From Methanothrix sp. (lineage in GTDB: Archaea; Halobacteriota; Methanosarcinia; Methanotrichales; Methanotrichaceae): a DNA stretch of 40,390 bases. Both the position numbers and the translations under genes were made by a program. The stretch is taken from positions 1 to 40,390 of the forward strand of contig JAXGJB010000022.1 of the NCBI GenBank assembly GCA_040770465.1, in the 5' to 3' direction. Shown here piece by piece: positions 1 to 9,297 of this stretch. The notes under the pieces are model-generated. The model worked only from the letters and a program-made list of their open reading frames with translations, ran no database searches and was not told where the DNA came from. Position 1 is the first letter of the stretch. Every line of letters begins with the position of its first letter.

Positions 1-1
1 G

Positions 2-514
2 TACGCCCGGACGGATGACGGGATATCGCCCCTCGCCTTCCCGTCTCGTCCCGGGGCGGTGGTGAAGGCGAACGGCTACGCCCACCTGGAGTCGGGGATC
101 ACGACGGAGGACGCTTCGGAGATCACAGCCGTCCAGTACAAATCCCTCCGAAAAGAGGAGAGCCTGAAAAAAGAGCTGGAGGGGTTGCCAACAGTTCGAA
201 CTTACGGCTCCGAAGATGCATCGACGACCCTTCTCTGCTGGGGCTCAAACAAGCCGGTCTCTTCCGAGGTCGGGGAGAAGCTCGGCCTGCGGGTCGTCCA
301 GCCGGTGGTCCTCAACCCCTTCCCGGTCGCTTCGTTCGAAGAGGCCCTCAGGGGGGTCGAGAGGATCATTTCCGTCGAGACGAACTCCACGGGGCAGCTC
401 GCCCGGCTGATCAAATCTTACGGATTTGAGGCGGACGACCTGATCCTGAAGTACGATGCGAGGCCCTTCTCCGTCGAAGACCTCGAAAAGAAATTAGCGG
501 AGGTGACGAGATGA
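2..514 (+). CDS. korA: 2-oxoacid:ferredoxin oxidoreductase alpha subunit, C-terminal part (5' end outside the window)
   Basis: Frame open from base 2 (YARTDDGISPLAFP...). Motifs WGS, LRVVQP..LNPFP, VETNSTGQL and ILKYDARPF match the OFOR alpha C-terminus. Overlaps the beta gene by 4 nt (ATGA). Confidence 0.88.
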   Translation, partial: YARTDDGISPLAFPSRPGAVVKANGYAHLESGITTEDASEITAVQYKSLRKEESLKKELEGLPTVRTYGSEDASTTLLCWGSNKPVSSEVGEKLGLRVVQPVVLNPFPVASFEEALRGVERIISVETNSTGQLARLIKSYGFEADDLILKYDARPFSVEDLEKKLAEVTR

Positions 515-1365
515 ACCCGAAGGATCTTGGGACGAAGGCAGCCAACACCTGGTGTCCGGGCTGCGGAAACTTCGCCATACTGAACGCCATAAAGCCGGTC
601 CTCGCCGACCTGGACGAGGAGGGGGTCGTGGATATCGAGAACGTCGTTCTGGTAGGTGGGATCGGCTGCCACGCGAAGATCGTCGACTACGTGAACGCCA
701 ACAGCTTCTATTCCATCCACGGCCGGACGATACCCGTGGCCACGGGGATAAAGCTTGCAAACCCCGACCTCACCGTCATCTGCTTTGCCGGTGACGGCGA
801 CGCCTACGCCGAGGGGCTCGACCACCTGATCTTCGCCGCCAAGAGGAACGTCGACATAACGGCGATAATCCACGACAACCGGGTTTACGGCCTCACCACC
901 GGACAGTACACCCCCACATCGCCTTCGGGGTTTGTGGGCAGGTCGACGCCGTCGGGGCTTGAGGTCCCGCCGATAAACCCGCTCGAGATCGTCTTTGCCA
1001 GCGGCGGGTCTTTCATCGCCCGGGGCTACTCCAGCAAGTTGGAGCTTCTCAAGGAGATATTCAGGGAGGCGATCCTCCACCGGGGCTTCTCCTTCGTCGA
1101 CGTCCTCCAGGTCTGTGCCACCTTCTTCAACCTGTACGATCGGTACAACGAGAGCTGTCGCCCCATCGAGGACCACGATCCTTCCGACGTCGCGAGGGCT
1201 CAGGAGAGAATATTGGAGTGGGACTACAACTCCGACGGTCCGATACCCCTGGGCGTATTCTACAGGAAGGAGGCAACGACCTTCGGGGACAACTTTGCGA
1301 AATTCAACCCAAAGATGACGGACCTCGACGGCGCGATAAAGAGGACCCTTTCGGGGTACATCTGA
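511..1365 (+). CDS. korB: 2-oxoacid:ferredoxin oxidoreductase beta subunit (TPP-binding)
   Basis: WCPGCGNF, GIGCH, HGR, TPP motif GDGD...HDNRVYGLTTGQYTPT; GGAGGTG RBS upstream. The substrate is not determinable from sequence. Confidence 0.92.
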   Translation: MNPKDLGTKAANTWCPGCGNFAILNAIKPVLADLDEEGVVDIENVVLVGGIGCHAKIVDYVNANSFYSIHGRTIPVATGIKLANPDLTVICFAGDGDAYAEGLDHLIFAAKRNVDITAIIHDNRVYGLTTGQYTPTSPSGFVGRSTPSGLEVPPINPLEIVFASGGSFIARGYSSKLELLKEIFREAILHRGFSFVDVLQVCATFFNLYDRYNESCRPIEDHDPSDVARAQERILEWDYNSDGPIPLGVFYRKEATTFGDNFAKFNPKMTDLDGAIKRTLSGYI

Positions 1366-1409
1366 GGCTGGAGGATCTCGGGATGGAGGCTTCCCTCTCC
1401 AGCCGATCC

Positions 1410-1423
1410 AAAGGATTAAATAC
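1410..1423 (+). promoter_or_regulatory. Putative BRE/TATA promoter for rubredoxin-ferritin
   Basis: AAAGGATTAAATAC (purine-rich BRE followed by a TATA-like box) in the AT-richer intergenic gap. Confidence 0.4.
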
Positions 1424-1543
1424 TCCGGGAGATAGAATACAGTGTTGTATTATTAGACATGTTTTAGGGGGCTTTGAGCCTTGAGATGAGGCTCATCCCC
1501 ATCGATTTGAGTCCCTTTGATTCCGGTACATGAGGCGAGATTG

Positions 1544-1705
1544 ATGGCGAAGAAGTACACTTGCACGGTCTGCGGATACGTCTACGATCCAGCGAAGGGC
1601 GACCCCGATTCTGGGGTTGCTCCAGGTACCGCTTTTGAAGATCTTCCCGATGACTGGACCTGTCCCGTCTGCGGGGCGACAAAAGACGCCTTCGAGGAGA
1701 GCTGA
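1544..1705 (+). CDS. Rubredoxin
   Basis: [16 protein letters not shown]...[11 protein letters not shown] carries two CxxC knuckles in 53 aa. ATG at 1544 is preferred over the TTG at 1517. Confidence 0.96.
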   Translation: MAKKYTCTVCGYVYDPAKGDPDSGVAPGTAFEDLPDDWTCPVCGATKDAFEES

Positions 1706-1723
1706 ACCGGGAGCTGATGATAG

Positions 1724-2254
1724 ATGGCTGGGATTGGCGAGAAGATGACGAAGGCTCTGAACGAGCAGGTAAAGTGGGAGCTCTACTCCTCCTACCTCTA
1801 CCTCTCCATGTCCGCCTACTTCTCGGCAATGAATTTGCCGGGGTTTGCGAACTGGATGAGGGTTCAGGCCCAAGAAGAGCTGATGCACGGGATGAAGATC
1901 TACGACTTCGTGATCTCGCGGGGCGGGAGGGCGGAGCTGTTGGCCATCGATAAGCCGAAGTTCGAGTGGGCGTCTCCTCTTGACGTCGTCGAGGAGGTCT
2001 ACAGCCACGAGAAGAAGGTGACTGGGCTGATAAACGGGCTCGTCGACCTTGCGGCGAGCGAGAAGGATCACGCCACCTCCAATATGCTCCAGTGGTTTGT
2101 AAAAGAGCAGGTGGAGGAGGAGGCGAACGCCAGCGAGATCGTCGAGAGGGTGAAGATGGTCAGCGGCGAGAAGGGGATCGGCGTCCTCTACATGCTCGAC
2201 CGGGATCTGGGGCAGCGGCCGCCGAAGCTTCAGCCGGTCGTCTCGGCCAAATGA
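1724..2254 (+). CDS. ftnA: Non-heme ferritin
   Basis: [34 protein letters not shown] and [11 protein letters not shown] form the ferroxidase-centre pattern. Confidence 0.93.
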   Translation: MAGIGEKMTKALNEQVKWELYSSYLYLSMSAYFSAMNLPGFANWMRVQAQEELMHGMKIYDFVISRGGRAELLAIDKPKFEWASPLDVVEEVYSHEKKVTGLINGLVDLAASEKDHATSNMLQWFVKEQVEEEANASEIVERVKMVSGEKGIGVLYMLDRDLGQRPPKLQPVVSAK

Positions 2255-2397
2255 TCCCGGCATCGATCTCGGCTTCGATCCCGGCTTCGGGGCGGCGTCA
2301 GTGGCGGTGGTGGCGGCGGCGTTGGCGATCTCGGGTTTGGGGCGATCTGTTCCCCTCTACCCCCACCTCCCGTCCAGCGTCCCGCCGTCCCCGAAGC
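2253..2397. repeat. Three imperfect 12-bp tandem repeats plus a GC-rich long-range inverted repeat 3' of ferritin
   Basis: GATCCCGGCATC / GATCTCGGCTTC / GATCCCGGCTTC at 2253-2288. GCTTCGGGGCGGCG (2284-2297) pairs with CGCCGTCCCCGAAGC (2383-2397) with one bulge. Confidence 0.6.
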
Positions 2398-2574
2398 GTT
2401 ACTTGTCATCGAATAGAACGATGAAAATAAGCCGATCGGACGGATTCGATCGGTGAGAGATGAGGCAATTTGCTTTGCGTCTTGCTCCCCGAGGGAGCGA
2501 TGGAACAGCCTGATAGAACGCCTGGAGTCATCGACATAGAGACTAGCGAATCTGAGAATTTGGTGGTGATTTAG

Positions 2575-3525
2575 TTGAGCGGATCAAAAGATATGAAGCT
2601 GGGCATCCTCGGACTAGGAAAGATGGGCGGAAACCTCGCGCTGCTGGCGAAGGAGAAGGGAATCGCCGTGGTGGGGAAGTCGAGGTCCGCCAAGCCTCAT
2701 CTTGAGAGAAAGGGCGTGAAGGTGGTGGACGGGTACGAACCCCTCGTCGACTTCCTGGACCAGCCCCGGGTGATATACATCTCCGTCCCGGCGGGGGCGA
2801 CGGTGGACAGGATCGTCGAAGAGCTCGTCCCCCACCTGGACGCAGGCGACGTGGTGATCGACGGCGGAAACTCCTTCTACCTCGACTCGGTGAGGAGGGA
2901 GGAGGACCTACAAGATCACGGGATATTCTTCCTCGACTGCGGGACGAGCGGCGGGCTCGATGGTGCCCGGAAGGGGCCCTGCTTCATGGTCGGCGGGAAT
3001 AAGAACGGGTTCGAGGTCGCCGAGCCGATCCTGACAACCATGGCCGCCGACGGGGCCTGCATCTACACCGGCGAGCCCGGATCCGGCCACTTCACAAAGC
3101 TCGTCCAGGACGGCGTGGAGGCGGCGATGATCCAGGCGATCGGCGAGGGCGTCGCCCTCCTCCGCGAGAGCGACTTCGACCTAAGCCTCGAGAAGATCTT
3201 CAAGAGCTGGGCGAGCGGGGCCACCGTCCGTGGCTGGCTCGTCGAGCTGATGGCAAAGAGCCTCGCAGAGCAGAGGTTCAGCGACGTCCCGACTCACGTC
3301 GAGGATACCGGGGAGGTTAACTGGCTCGTCCACGACGCCATCGAGAAGGAGATCCCGATCCCCGTCATCGCCCAGGCGGCGATGGAGATCTTCAGGTCCC
3401 GGGACAAGAACTGCGACGCCTGCCGGTCTGTGGCGCTGATGAGAAACAGCCGCGGCGGCTACCCTCTCGGGAAGGACGATCAGCTCGCCAGGGAGAGGAG
3501 GACGAGCAGGACGGAGAAGATCTAG
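2575..3525 (+). CDS. Short-form 6-phosphogluconate dehydrogenase-like protein (beta-hydroxyacid dehydrogenase family)
   Basis: GLGKMG Rossmann motif, VPAG, IDGGNS, DCGTSGG, MVGG, GSGHFTK and VEDTGEVNW. Alternative ATG start at 2593. Confidence 0.82.
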   Translation: MSGSKDMKLGILGLGKMGGNLALLAKEKGIAVVGKSRSAKPHLERKGVKVVDGYEPLVDFLDQPRVIYISVPAGATVDRIVEELVPHLDAGDVVIDGGNSFYLDSVRREEDLQDHGIFFLDCGTSGGLDGARKGPCFMVGGNKNGFEVAEPILTTMAADGACIYTGEPGSGHFTKLVQDGVEAAMIQAIGEGVALLRESDFDLSLEKIFKSWASGATVRGWLVELMAKSLAEQRFSDVPTHVEDTGEVNWLVHDAIEKEIPIPVIAQAAMEIFRSRDKNCDACRSVALMRNSRGGYPLGKDDQLARERRTSRTEKI

Positions 3526-3614
3526 ACCGAAACGCGGTTTTCTGAGGCGGGCGGGAAAGCACGCCTGCCTCAGCTTTTTTTCGAGGGATTTTTAGGCCAT
3601 CTCTTTTCTCCGTT

Positions 3615-5105
3615 TTACCTGATCATCACGTTGCCTAGGGTGACCAGGAATAGCGCGAGGAGGAGCCAGCCCAGGACGTCCTCCAGCATGACCGCGTATT
3701 TCCAGCCCTCTTTGGGCCGCCAGTCGTGCGGAGGCTGTGATACGAAGACCATCATGCTGAAGTAAAGGGCGTCTTTGAAAGAGAGGTCTGTGACGAAGGA
3801 GGCGTTCCATATCCTGCCAGGTAGCTGGCGGAGCGTGCTTGGCCTCGTCTTCAGCAAGGTACCCAATTTCCTCCTTAAAATCTTTGAAGTAGCCACCATC
3901 CTTCCCAACATATTTAATATTTTATTGAATGGCATGCAACATACAGATGAAACGCTCCATTCCCTTCCGCCGTTCTCATGTGCGTTTATATGGTGTGGCG
4001 CCGTGATTTTATAGATTCCATTACCCGCCCAGAAAGCTATTCCGAAAAGAGGGATTAGCACAAAGCTCCATGCGAGTGTGTAACCTGGCCGAACTCCGTA
4101 TCCACACGTCAACAAGGCCAAGACGTCGATGTACTTGGACCAGTAAAACCAATTCTTCCTCCCTTGCCGCCATTTCCTATAATCATAATAACATCTATCA
4201 GCATCTTCGAATTGCTCAAGTTCTTTAAAGTTTTTGACCAGCTTCGAGTATGTGACTCCATCGCATACCGGACTTTCGATAGACCTCCAATCGATGTACA
4301 GGCGCGTGAAATCGAGGCCGCTCAGGTATAGGACGCCGCTGAACACCGCTCTACCGAAGTCGGCATCGCTGCCGCTGAAGACCGCACTACTGAAGCTGGC
4401 AGAGCTGCTGAAGACCGCCCACCTAAAGTTGGCAGAGCCGCTGAACCGCGCATACCCGAAGTCGGCATCGCCGTGGAACTCGACCTCCCTGAATTCAGCA
4501 TAGCCGCTGAAGTTCGCCCAACAGAAGTTAGCAGATCCGTTGAACACCGCACTACTGAAGCCGGCAGAGCCGCTGAAGACCGCCCACCCAAAGTTGGCAT
4601 AGTCGCTGAAGTTTGCCCACCCAAAATTGGCAAAGCCGCTAAACTTCGCCCACCCAAAGTTGGCATAGTCGCTGAAGTTTGCCTTCCAGAAGCTGGCAGA
4701 GCCGCTGAAATTAGCTCCCGGAAACCAGGCTTCTTCGGTGAAATTGGTGCCCTCGAAATTGACCGGCTCTTGAAAGATGGAGTTACCGAGGTTCACGTCT
4801 CCTCGAATTTCAGAGTCTCTAATGCTTATCGAAGATTCGACTAGCTTAACCTCTTCGGTCAAACCCAAATACACAATTTCATCCCAAGTCCTCTCAACCT
4901 GCTTCGTTTGCAGATCCAGCCCGCTCAGATCCAGATCCCCTTCGACAATCACGCCGTCGTACTCCACCGGCTCGCCCCGCTCGATCTTGGCCAGGATCTC
5001 GCTCGCCTGGACGATCGGCCGGGGGTCATCGGCGGGCGCGCCCAAGGCGGGGCTCGCGAGGAGCGGGGCCAGCAGAAACAGGGCCAGGATCGGGGAGGGT
5101 CTCAT
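3615..5105 (-). CDS. Pentapeptide-repeat protein with signal peptide and C-terminal membrane (2TM channel-like) domain
   Basis: Signal peptide MRPSPILALFLLAPLLASPALG; 11-aa periodic F(S)xxAxFxxAx repeats; GYGVRP before a TM helix; DALYFS pore-helix-like motif and a final TM helix. Confidence 0.85.
   Translation of the reverse strand: MRPSPILALFLLAPLLASPALGAPADDPRPIVQASEILAKIERGEPVEYDGVIVEGDLDLSGLDLQTKQVERTWDEIVYLGLTEEVKLVESSISIRDSEIRGDVNLGNSIFQEPVNFEGTNFTEEAWFPGANFSGSASFWKANFSDYANFGWAKFSGFANFGWANFSDYANFGWAVFSGSAGFSSAVFNGSANFCWANFSGYAEFREVEFHGDADFGYARFSGSANFRWAVFSSSASFSSAVFSGSDADFGRAVFSGVLYLSGLDFTRLYIDWRSIESPVCDGVTYSKLVKNFKELEQFEDADRCYYDYRKWRQGRKNWFYWSKYIDVLALLTCGYGVRPGYTLAWSFVLIPLFGIAFWAGNGIYKITAPHHINAHENGGREWSVSSVCCMPFNKILNMLGRMVATSKILRRKLGTLLKTRPSTLRQLPGRIWNASFVTDLSFKDALYFSMMVFVSQPPHDWRPKEGWKYAVMLEDVLGWLLLALFLVTLGNVMIR
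4330..4775 (-). repeat. 33-bp (11-aa) imperfect coding tandem repeats
   Basis: Recurring units such as CCACCCAAAGTTGGCATAGTCGCTGAAG and GGCAGAGCCGCTGAA on the + strand. Confidence 0.85.
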
Positions 5106-5255
5106 CTGGCAATAGGATTATTCGAAGATATACAAAAAGTTTGGGTGGGTTTGGTTTGAGCCTGCGGCGATGGGAAAGATATTTTGGCCTCTTGATCAGA
5201 TTATGGTGAGAAAGCGAGCCCGAATTAGAACGAACATCAGTATGCAGAGGTGGTG

Positions 5256-5943
5256 ATGAGCGATTCCGATATCCGACCCCTACGAGCACCAGGTCGACCG
5301 CTACGACCGCTGGTTTGAGCGAAACCAGGCCGCCTACCTCTCGGAGCTCGCCGCCGTGGAGTCCTCCTTGCCCCTGTTCCATCGGGGCCTGGAGGTGGGG
5401 ATGGGGACGGGGCGGTTCGCCGCCCCCCTCGGCATCGCCGTCGGCCTCGACCCGTCGGTGCCGATGATGGGGGCCGCCCGGAGGCGGGGCGTCACCTGCG
5501 TCCGGGGCGTCGCCGAGCGGCTGCCCTTCCGGGACGGGGCCTTCGATCTGGTTCTTATGGTCACCGTCGCCTTCCTCCTCAGCGACAAAATGGCCGCCTT
5601 TCGGGAGGCTGCAAGGGTCCTCGCGCCGGGCGGGGTGGTCGTCGTCGGGTTCATCGATAGGGAGAGCCCCGTCGGCAGGCGGTACCAGCGGGAGAAAGGG
5701 GAGAGGGGAGAGGAAGGCGGTGGGGGTGGTGGTGGCGGTGGAGACGAAGGCGGATTTTACGGCGAGGCCCGCTTTCTCGCCCCCGAGGAGATGGCCGCCC
5801 TCCTCGAAGCCGCCGGATTTGCCGACCTCGCCTTCGTCCAGACGCTGTCTTGCGAGCCGGAGACGATGACGGAGGTCGAGGCCCCGCGGGCTGGGTGGGG
5901 CCGCGGCTCCTTCGTCGTCGTCCGTGGGATGAAGAAACGGTGA
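5256..5943 (+). CDS. Class I SAM-dependent methyltransferase with an apparent +1 frameshift near the start (in-frame ORF 5356-5943)
   Basis: LEVGMGTGRF motif I, GLDPS and GVAERLPFRDGAFDLV. The N-terminal segment YEHQVDRYDRWFERNQAAYLSEL (from 5281) is in the main frame, but the RBS-preceded ATG at 5256 is one base out of frame. Confidence 0.8.
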
Positions 5944-6032
5944 TGGAAGTCGTCCTCCTCCTTCATCCTGGGATCACGAGGGCCGATGGCAAGGGTTATA
6001 GACCATCGTCTTTTTGGGAAGGGTGAACTTTC

Positions 6033-6593
6033 ATGGACAGCATATCCATCCTTCTCATCGCCGTCGGCCTCTCCATGGACGCCTTCGCCGTCTCTGTGAC
6101 CGGCGGGGCGACATTGACAGGCAAACGGCTGAAGGGCGCCCTTTTGGCCGCCCTCTTCTTCGGCGGCTTTCAGGCCTTGATGCCCGTCATCGGCTGGCTG
6201 GGCGGGCTTGAGTTCAGCGACTTTGTGACCGGCTTCGACCACTGGATCGCCTTCATCCTCCTCGCCCTCATAGGCGGCAAGATGATCTTCGAGTCGATGA
6301 CGGATGGGCCATCCAAGTTGGCGGGAAACCTCCTGGACCTCCGCCTGCTGACACTCCTGGCCATAGCCACCAGCATCGACGCCCTGGCCGTCGGCGTCAC
6401 CTTCGCCTTCCTCGACGTCCCGATCTTCGTACCCGTCGCCGTCATCGGGATCGTCACCTTCGCCCTATCGTTTCTCGGGGTCTTCGTCGGGAACCGCTTC
6501 GTCGGCATATTCGAGAACAGAATCGAGATCGTCGGCGGCCTCATCCTCATCGGGATCGGGCTCAAGATCCTCCTGGAAGACCTTTTCTTTTAG
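6033..6593 (+). CDS. mntP: Manganese efflux pump MntP family
   Basis: Twin motifs LSMDAFAVS and ATSIDALAVG, plus FGGFQALMP and DHWIAFILL; six hydrophobic helices. Confidence 0.93.
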   Translation: MDSISILLIAVGLSMDAFAVSVTGGATLTGKRLKGALLAALFFGGFQALMPVIGWLGGLEFSDFVTGFDHWIAFILLALIGGKMIFESMTDGPSKLAGNLLDLRLLTLLAIATSIDALAVGVTFAFLDVPIFVPVAVIGIVTFALSFLGVFVGNRFVGIFENRIEIVGGLILIGIGLKILLEDLFF

Positions 6594-6826
6594 GTGCCAA
6601 TTGTCGCTAGCTCAAGAGCAGCTCAGATCTCCCTTACGAGGGCCAACAGATCCTCCGGGCCGGCTAAGGGGTAAGGGGGGGGCCCGTGCGGGAGAGACGC
6701 CGCCGGACGGAGTGAGGGCGGGGTCGGCTCGACGCTAGCGCCACCCCCCTCCACACACCGCAGGATGAAGGCCGACCCCGTCTCGGGCATATGACTTGGG
6801 ATCGCGCCAGTTTACTCTCCAAAAAA

Positions 6827-9118
6827 TTAGGCTGGGGCCTGGAAGGCCTCAGCCAGATGCTCATCGAAGTAGCCGAAGAGGCGGTGGATGTAGTAGGGGT
6901 CGTAGCTGAGGTCGTGGTTCCTGTTGGTCATCACCAGAAGGTCGAAGGGCCTGTCGGCCGCGATGAGGGCGTCCACAAGCTGCATCGTCATGCAGGGGTT
7001 GACGTTGTCGTCCACGTCTCCGGTCACCAGGAGGAGGTTGCCCGTCAGGTTCTCAGCCTTGAGGGCGGTGATCTGCTCATCGTAGTCGGGCTTCAGCCCC
7101 TCGTACTTCTCGCCCCAGAAGGAGGCATAAAACCTGCTGTCGTAATCTCCGGACGAGGCGACCCCCACCTTATAAAAATCAGGATAGGTGAGAAGAGCCT
7201 GGGCGGTCATGAAGCCTCCCGCGGAATGGCCGAAGATCCCCACCCGATCCAGATCCATGTAGGGCCTCTCCTCTGCCAGCTGCTGTAGGGCGTGGACGTG
7301 GTCGGCCAGTCCTCCCGCATCCCCAAGACGCCCATACCCGGCATCGTGAAACTCCTTGGACCGATAGGGCGTCCCCGGCCCGTCCAGGGTGACGACGACA
7401 AACCCCAGCTCGGCGACGGCCTGACCCCTCCAGAAGATCTTGTTGACCCAGGTCTCCTCCCCTGGAAACGATTTGGCGGTGACGATCGTCCAGGGTCCGG
7501 GATAGACGGTCTCGATCACGGGGTACTTCATCGTGGGGTCGAAGCTGGTGGGCTTGATTATCAGGCCGTACAGATCAGCATCGCCGTCGGCCGACTTCAC
7601 GCTGAAGACCTCGGGAGGCTTCCAGCCCAAATCGATGAGGTTATTTATGTCCCCCTCCTCCAACTTCAGGGTGACTGATCCATTCAGGTCCCTGAGAACC
7701 GTCACCGGCGGATGGTCCACCCGAGAGTAGGTGTCCAGAAATGCCGTCCCACCCGGAGAGATCTCCAGGTCGTGATCTGCATCCTCGGGGGTGAGAAGCT
7801 CGATGTCGGTTCCGTCCAGCCTCGCCCTGTAGAGGTGGCGGCGGTAGGGGTCGCGCCCCGGCTCTCTCCCCCCGGCGGTGAAGTAGACCTGCGACCTATT
7901 TTCATCCACGTACAGGAGCGTCCGAACCGCCCAATCTCCGGAGGTTATGGCGTTCTTCTCCTCTCCATCCTCGCCGCAGAGATAGAGGTGGCCATACCCG
8001 CTCTTCTCAGAGAACCAGACAATATCACCGCTGTCCAGGGGCCAGAAGTTGGGAGGGCTGGCGTAATCGAGGTTCGCCTCCACGTAGGTGGGCCCCTCTT
8101 CCTCCAGGATCTCCTCGGTCTTGCCGGTCTCAGGGTCGGTCTTCAGGAGGCGGAGTGCCTTCTCGCCCCTCTCGGCGTAGAGGGAGTAGAGGATCTCGCC
8201 GTCGTCGCTCCAGATCTGCAGAACGTCACCCTCGGTGTCCATCAGCGATACCTCGGGCTGGGGCCGGTAGTCTACGGGGATAGTCCTCCTCTCCTGAAGG
8301 TCGACCACCAGGGGCTCGTAGATCGGCACCGTCTCGTCGTCGGGCATGGCGAACTTATACTCCCACACCCTGGGCCGTGAGCCGTTACCGGGGGCGTACT
8401 GGAGGAGGTTGAGGGCGGTCACGTTCCTCTGGTCCATCCTGAAGGTGGCGATGCGACGGCAGTCGGGGGACCAGACGGCGTAGGGCTTTGCGGTCTCGTT
8501 CAGCCTCGCCAGACTGACAGGATGGGATACCGTATCCGATCTCTTCGCATAAGCATAGTCTGCGGAGCCGTCGGCCGTCAGAGGATATCTATCGCCGGTG
8601 GCGATCTTCCTGACCCAGAGGTTGCCGTCCTCGACATAGAGGGCGAGCTTCCCATCGGGGGAGAGGATCTCGCCGGGGCCCGCATCCATGCCGGGAGGGG
8701 CTTCTCCGATCGCTGACCGCCCCCTGTCCCACTCCCAGGTCCTGTTGAAGGCCGAGAACCTGACGGTGGGGTCATCTATTTGAATCTCAGAGAACGGCAG
8801 GTCCGACGGGTCGACCTCAGAGCCCGACGCATCGGCCAGGGCTTCAGCGAGGGCGGCGTGATCGAAAGCGGGCATCTTCGTCCCGTTTTTCGCGTCCACC
8901 AGGACGAACTCATTTCCATCCCGACCCGTCCTGAGGTACCAGAAGGAGTCGGTTCCATCGATCCAGTTCGGGCTGACGCTGATGTTGTAGAGGGCTGGTA
9001 TGATTTCAGCGGGCAGGAACTCTTCGGCTCTTGCTATATCGTCGTCGTCGGTCGAGGAGAAGGCGACGGGAGCGATCAAGAGCAGGGCCATCAGAATGGG
9101 AAAAATAAGCGGGCGCAT
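6827..9118 (-). CDS. Secreted S9B (dipeptidyl-peptidase IV-like) serine peptidase
   Basis: Signal peptide, DPP-IV-type propeller region (SPDG, WSPD), YPGP, nucleophile motif GHSAGG, DDNV Asp and a C-terminal His. Confidence 0.92.
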   Translation of the reverse strand: MRPLIFPILMALLLIAPVAFSSTDDDDIARAEEFLPAEIIPALYNISVSPNWIDGTDSFWYLRTGRDGNEFVLVDAKNGTKMPAFDHAALAEALADASGSEVDPSDLPFSEIQIDDPTVRFSAFNRTWEWDRGRSAIGEAPPGMDAGPGEILSPDGKLALYVEDGNLWVRKIATGDRYPLTADGSADYAYAKRSDTVSHPVSLARLNETAKPYAVWSPDCRRIATFRMDQRNVTALNLLQYAPGNGSRPRVWEYKFAMPDDETVPIYEPLVVDLQERRTIPVDYRPQPEVSLMDTEGDVLQIWSDDGEILYSLYAERGEKALRLLKTDPETGKTEEILEEEGPTYVEANLDYASPPNFWPLDSGDIVWFSEKSGYGHLYLCGEDGEEKNAITSGDWAVRTLLYVDENRSQVYFTAGGREPGRDPYRRHLYRARLDGTDIELLTPEDADHDLEISPGGTAFLDTYSRVDHPPVTVLRDLNGSVTLKLEEGDINNLIDLGWKPPEVFSVKSADGDADLYGLIIKPTSFDPTMKYPVIETVYPGPWTIVTAKSFPGEETWVNKIFWRGQAVAELGFVVVTLDGPGTPYRSKEFHDAGYGRLGDAGGLADHVHALQQLAEERPYMDLDRVGIFGHSAGGFMTAQALLTYPDFYKVGVASSGDYDSRFYASFWGEKYEGLKPDYDEQITALKAENLTGNLLLVTGDVDDNVNPCMTMQLVDALIAADRPFDLLVMTNRNHDLSYDPYYIHRLFGYFDEHLAEAFQAPA

Positions 9119-9297
9119 AATATCATCTCAAAAAATAATTAGATACAATCATTCTATTTAAATGATCGCACAACAGGCGGCAATCACACGACATGCGGCA
9201 ATCGACCACAGACAACATGGCGATCGATCTACAATGCGCTGTTATGGATGAGGTCCTCCGCGGGAGGGTCCAACTTCCAGCCGATGAACGTCGACCT

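Noticed and set aside
4330-4775. Possible diversity-generating retroelement TR/VR pair in the pentapeptide repeats
   Set aside because: There is no reverse transcriptase, the differences are not adenine-specific, and the repeats are tandem coding units.
5944-6032. Possible yybP-ykoY Mn riboswitch upstream of mntP
   Set aside because: The gap is under 90 nt, with a TATA-like box about 35 nt before the ATG, so there is no room and no recognisable consensus.
9165-9240. Short imperfect repeats (GCGGCAATC twice, ACAACA twice) upstream of the S9 peptidase
   Set aside because: They are too short and irregular to separate from chance.
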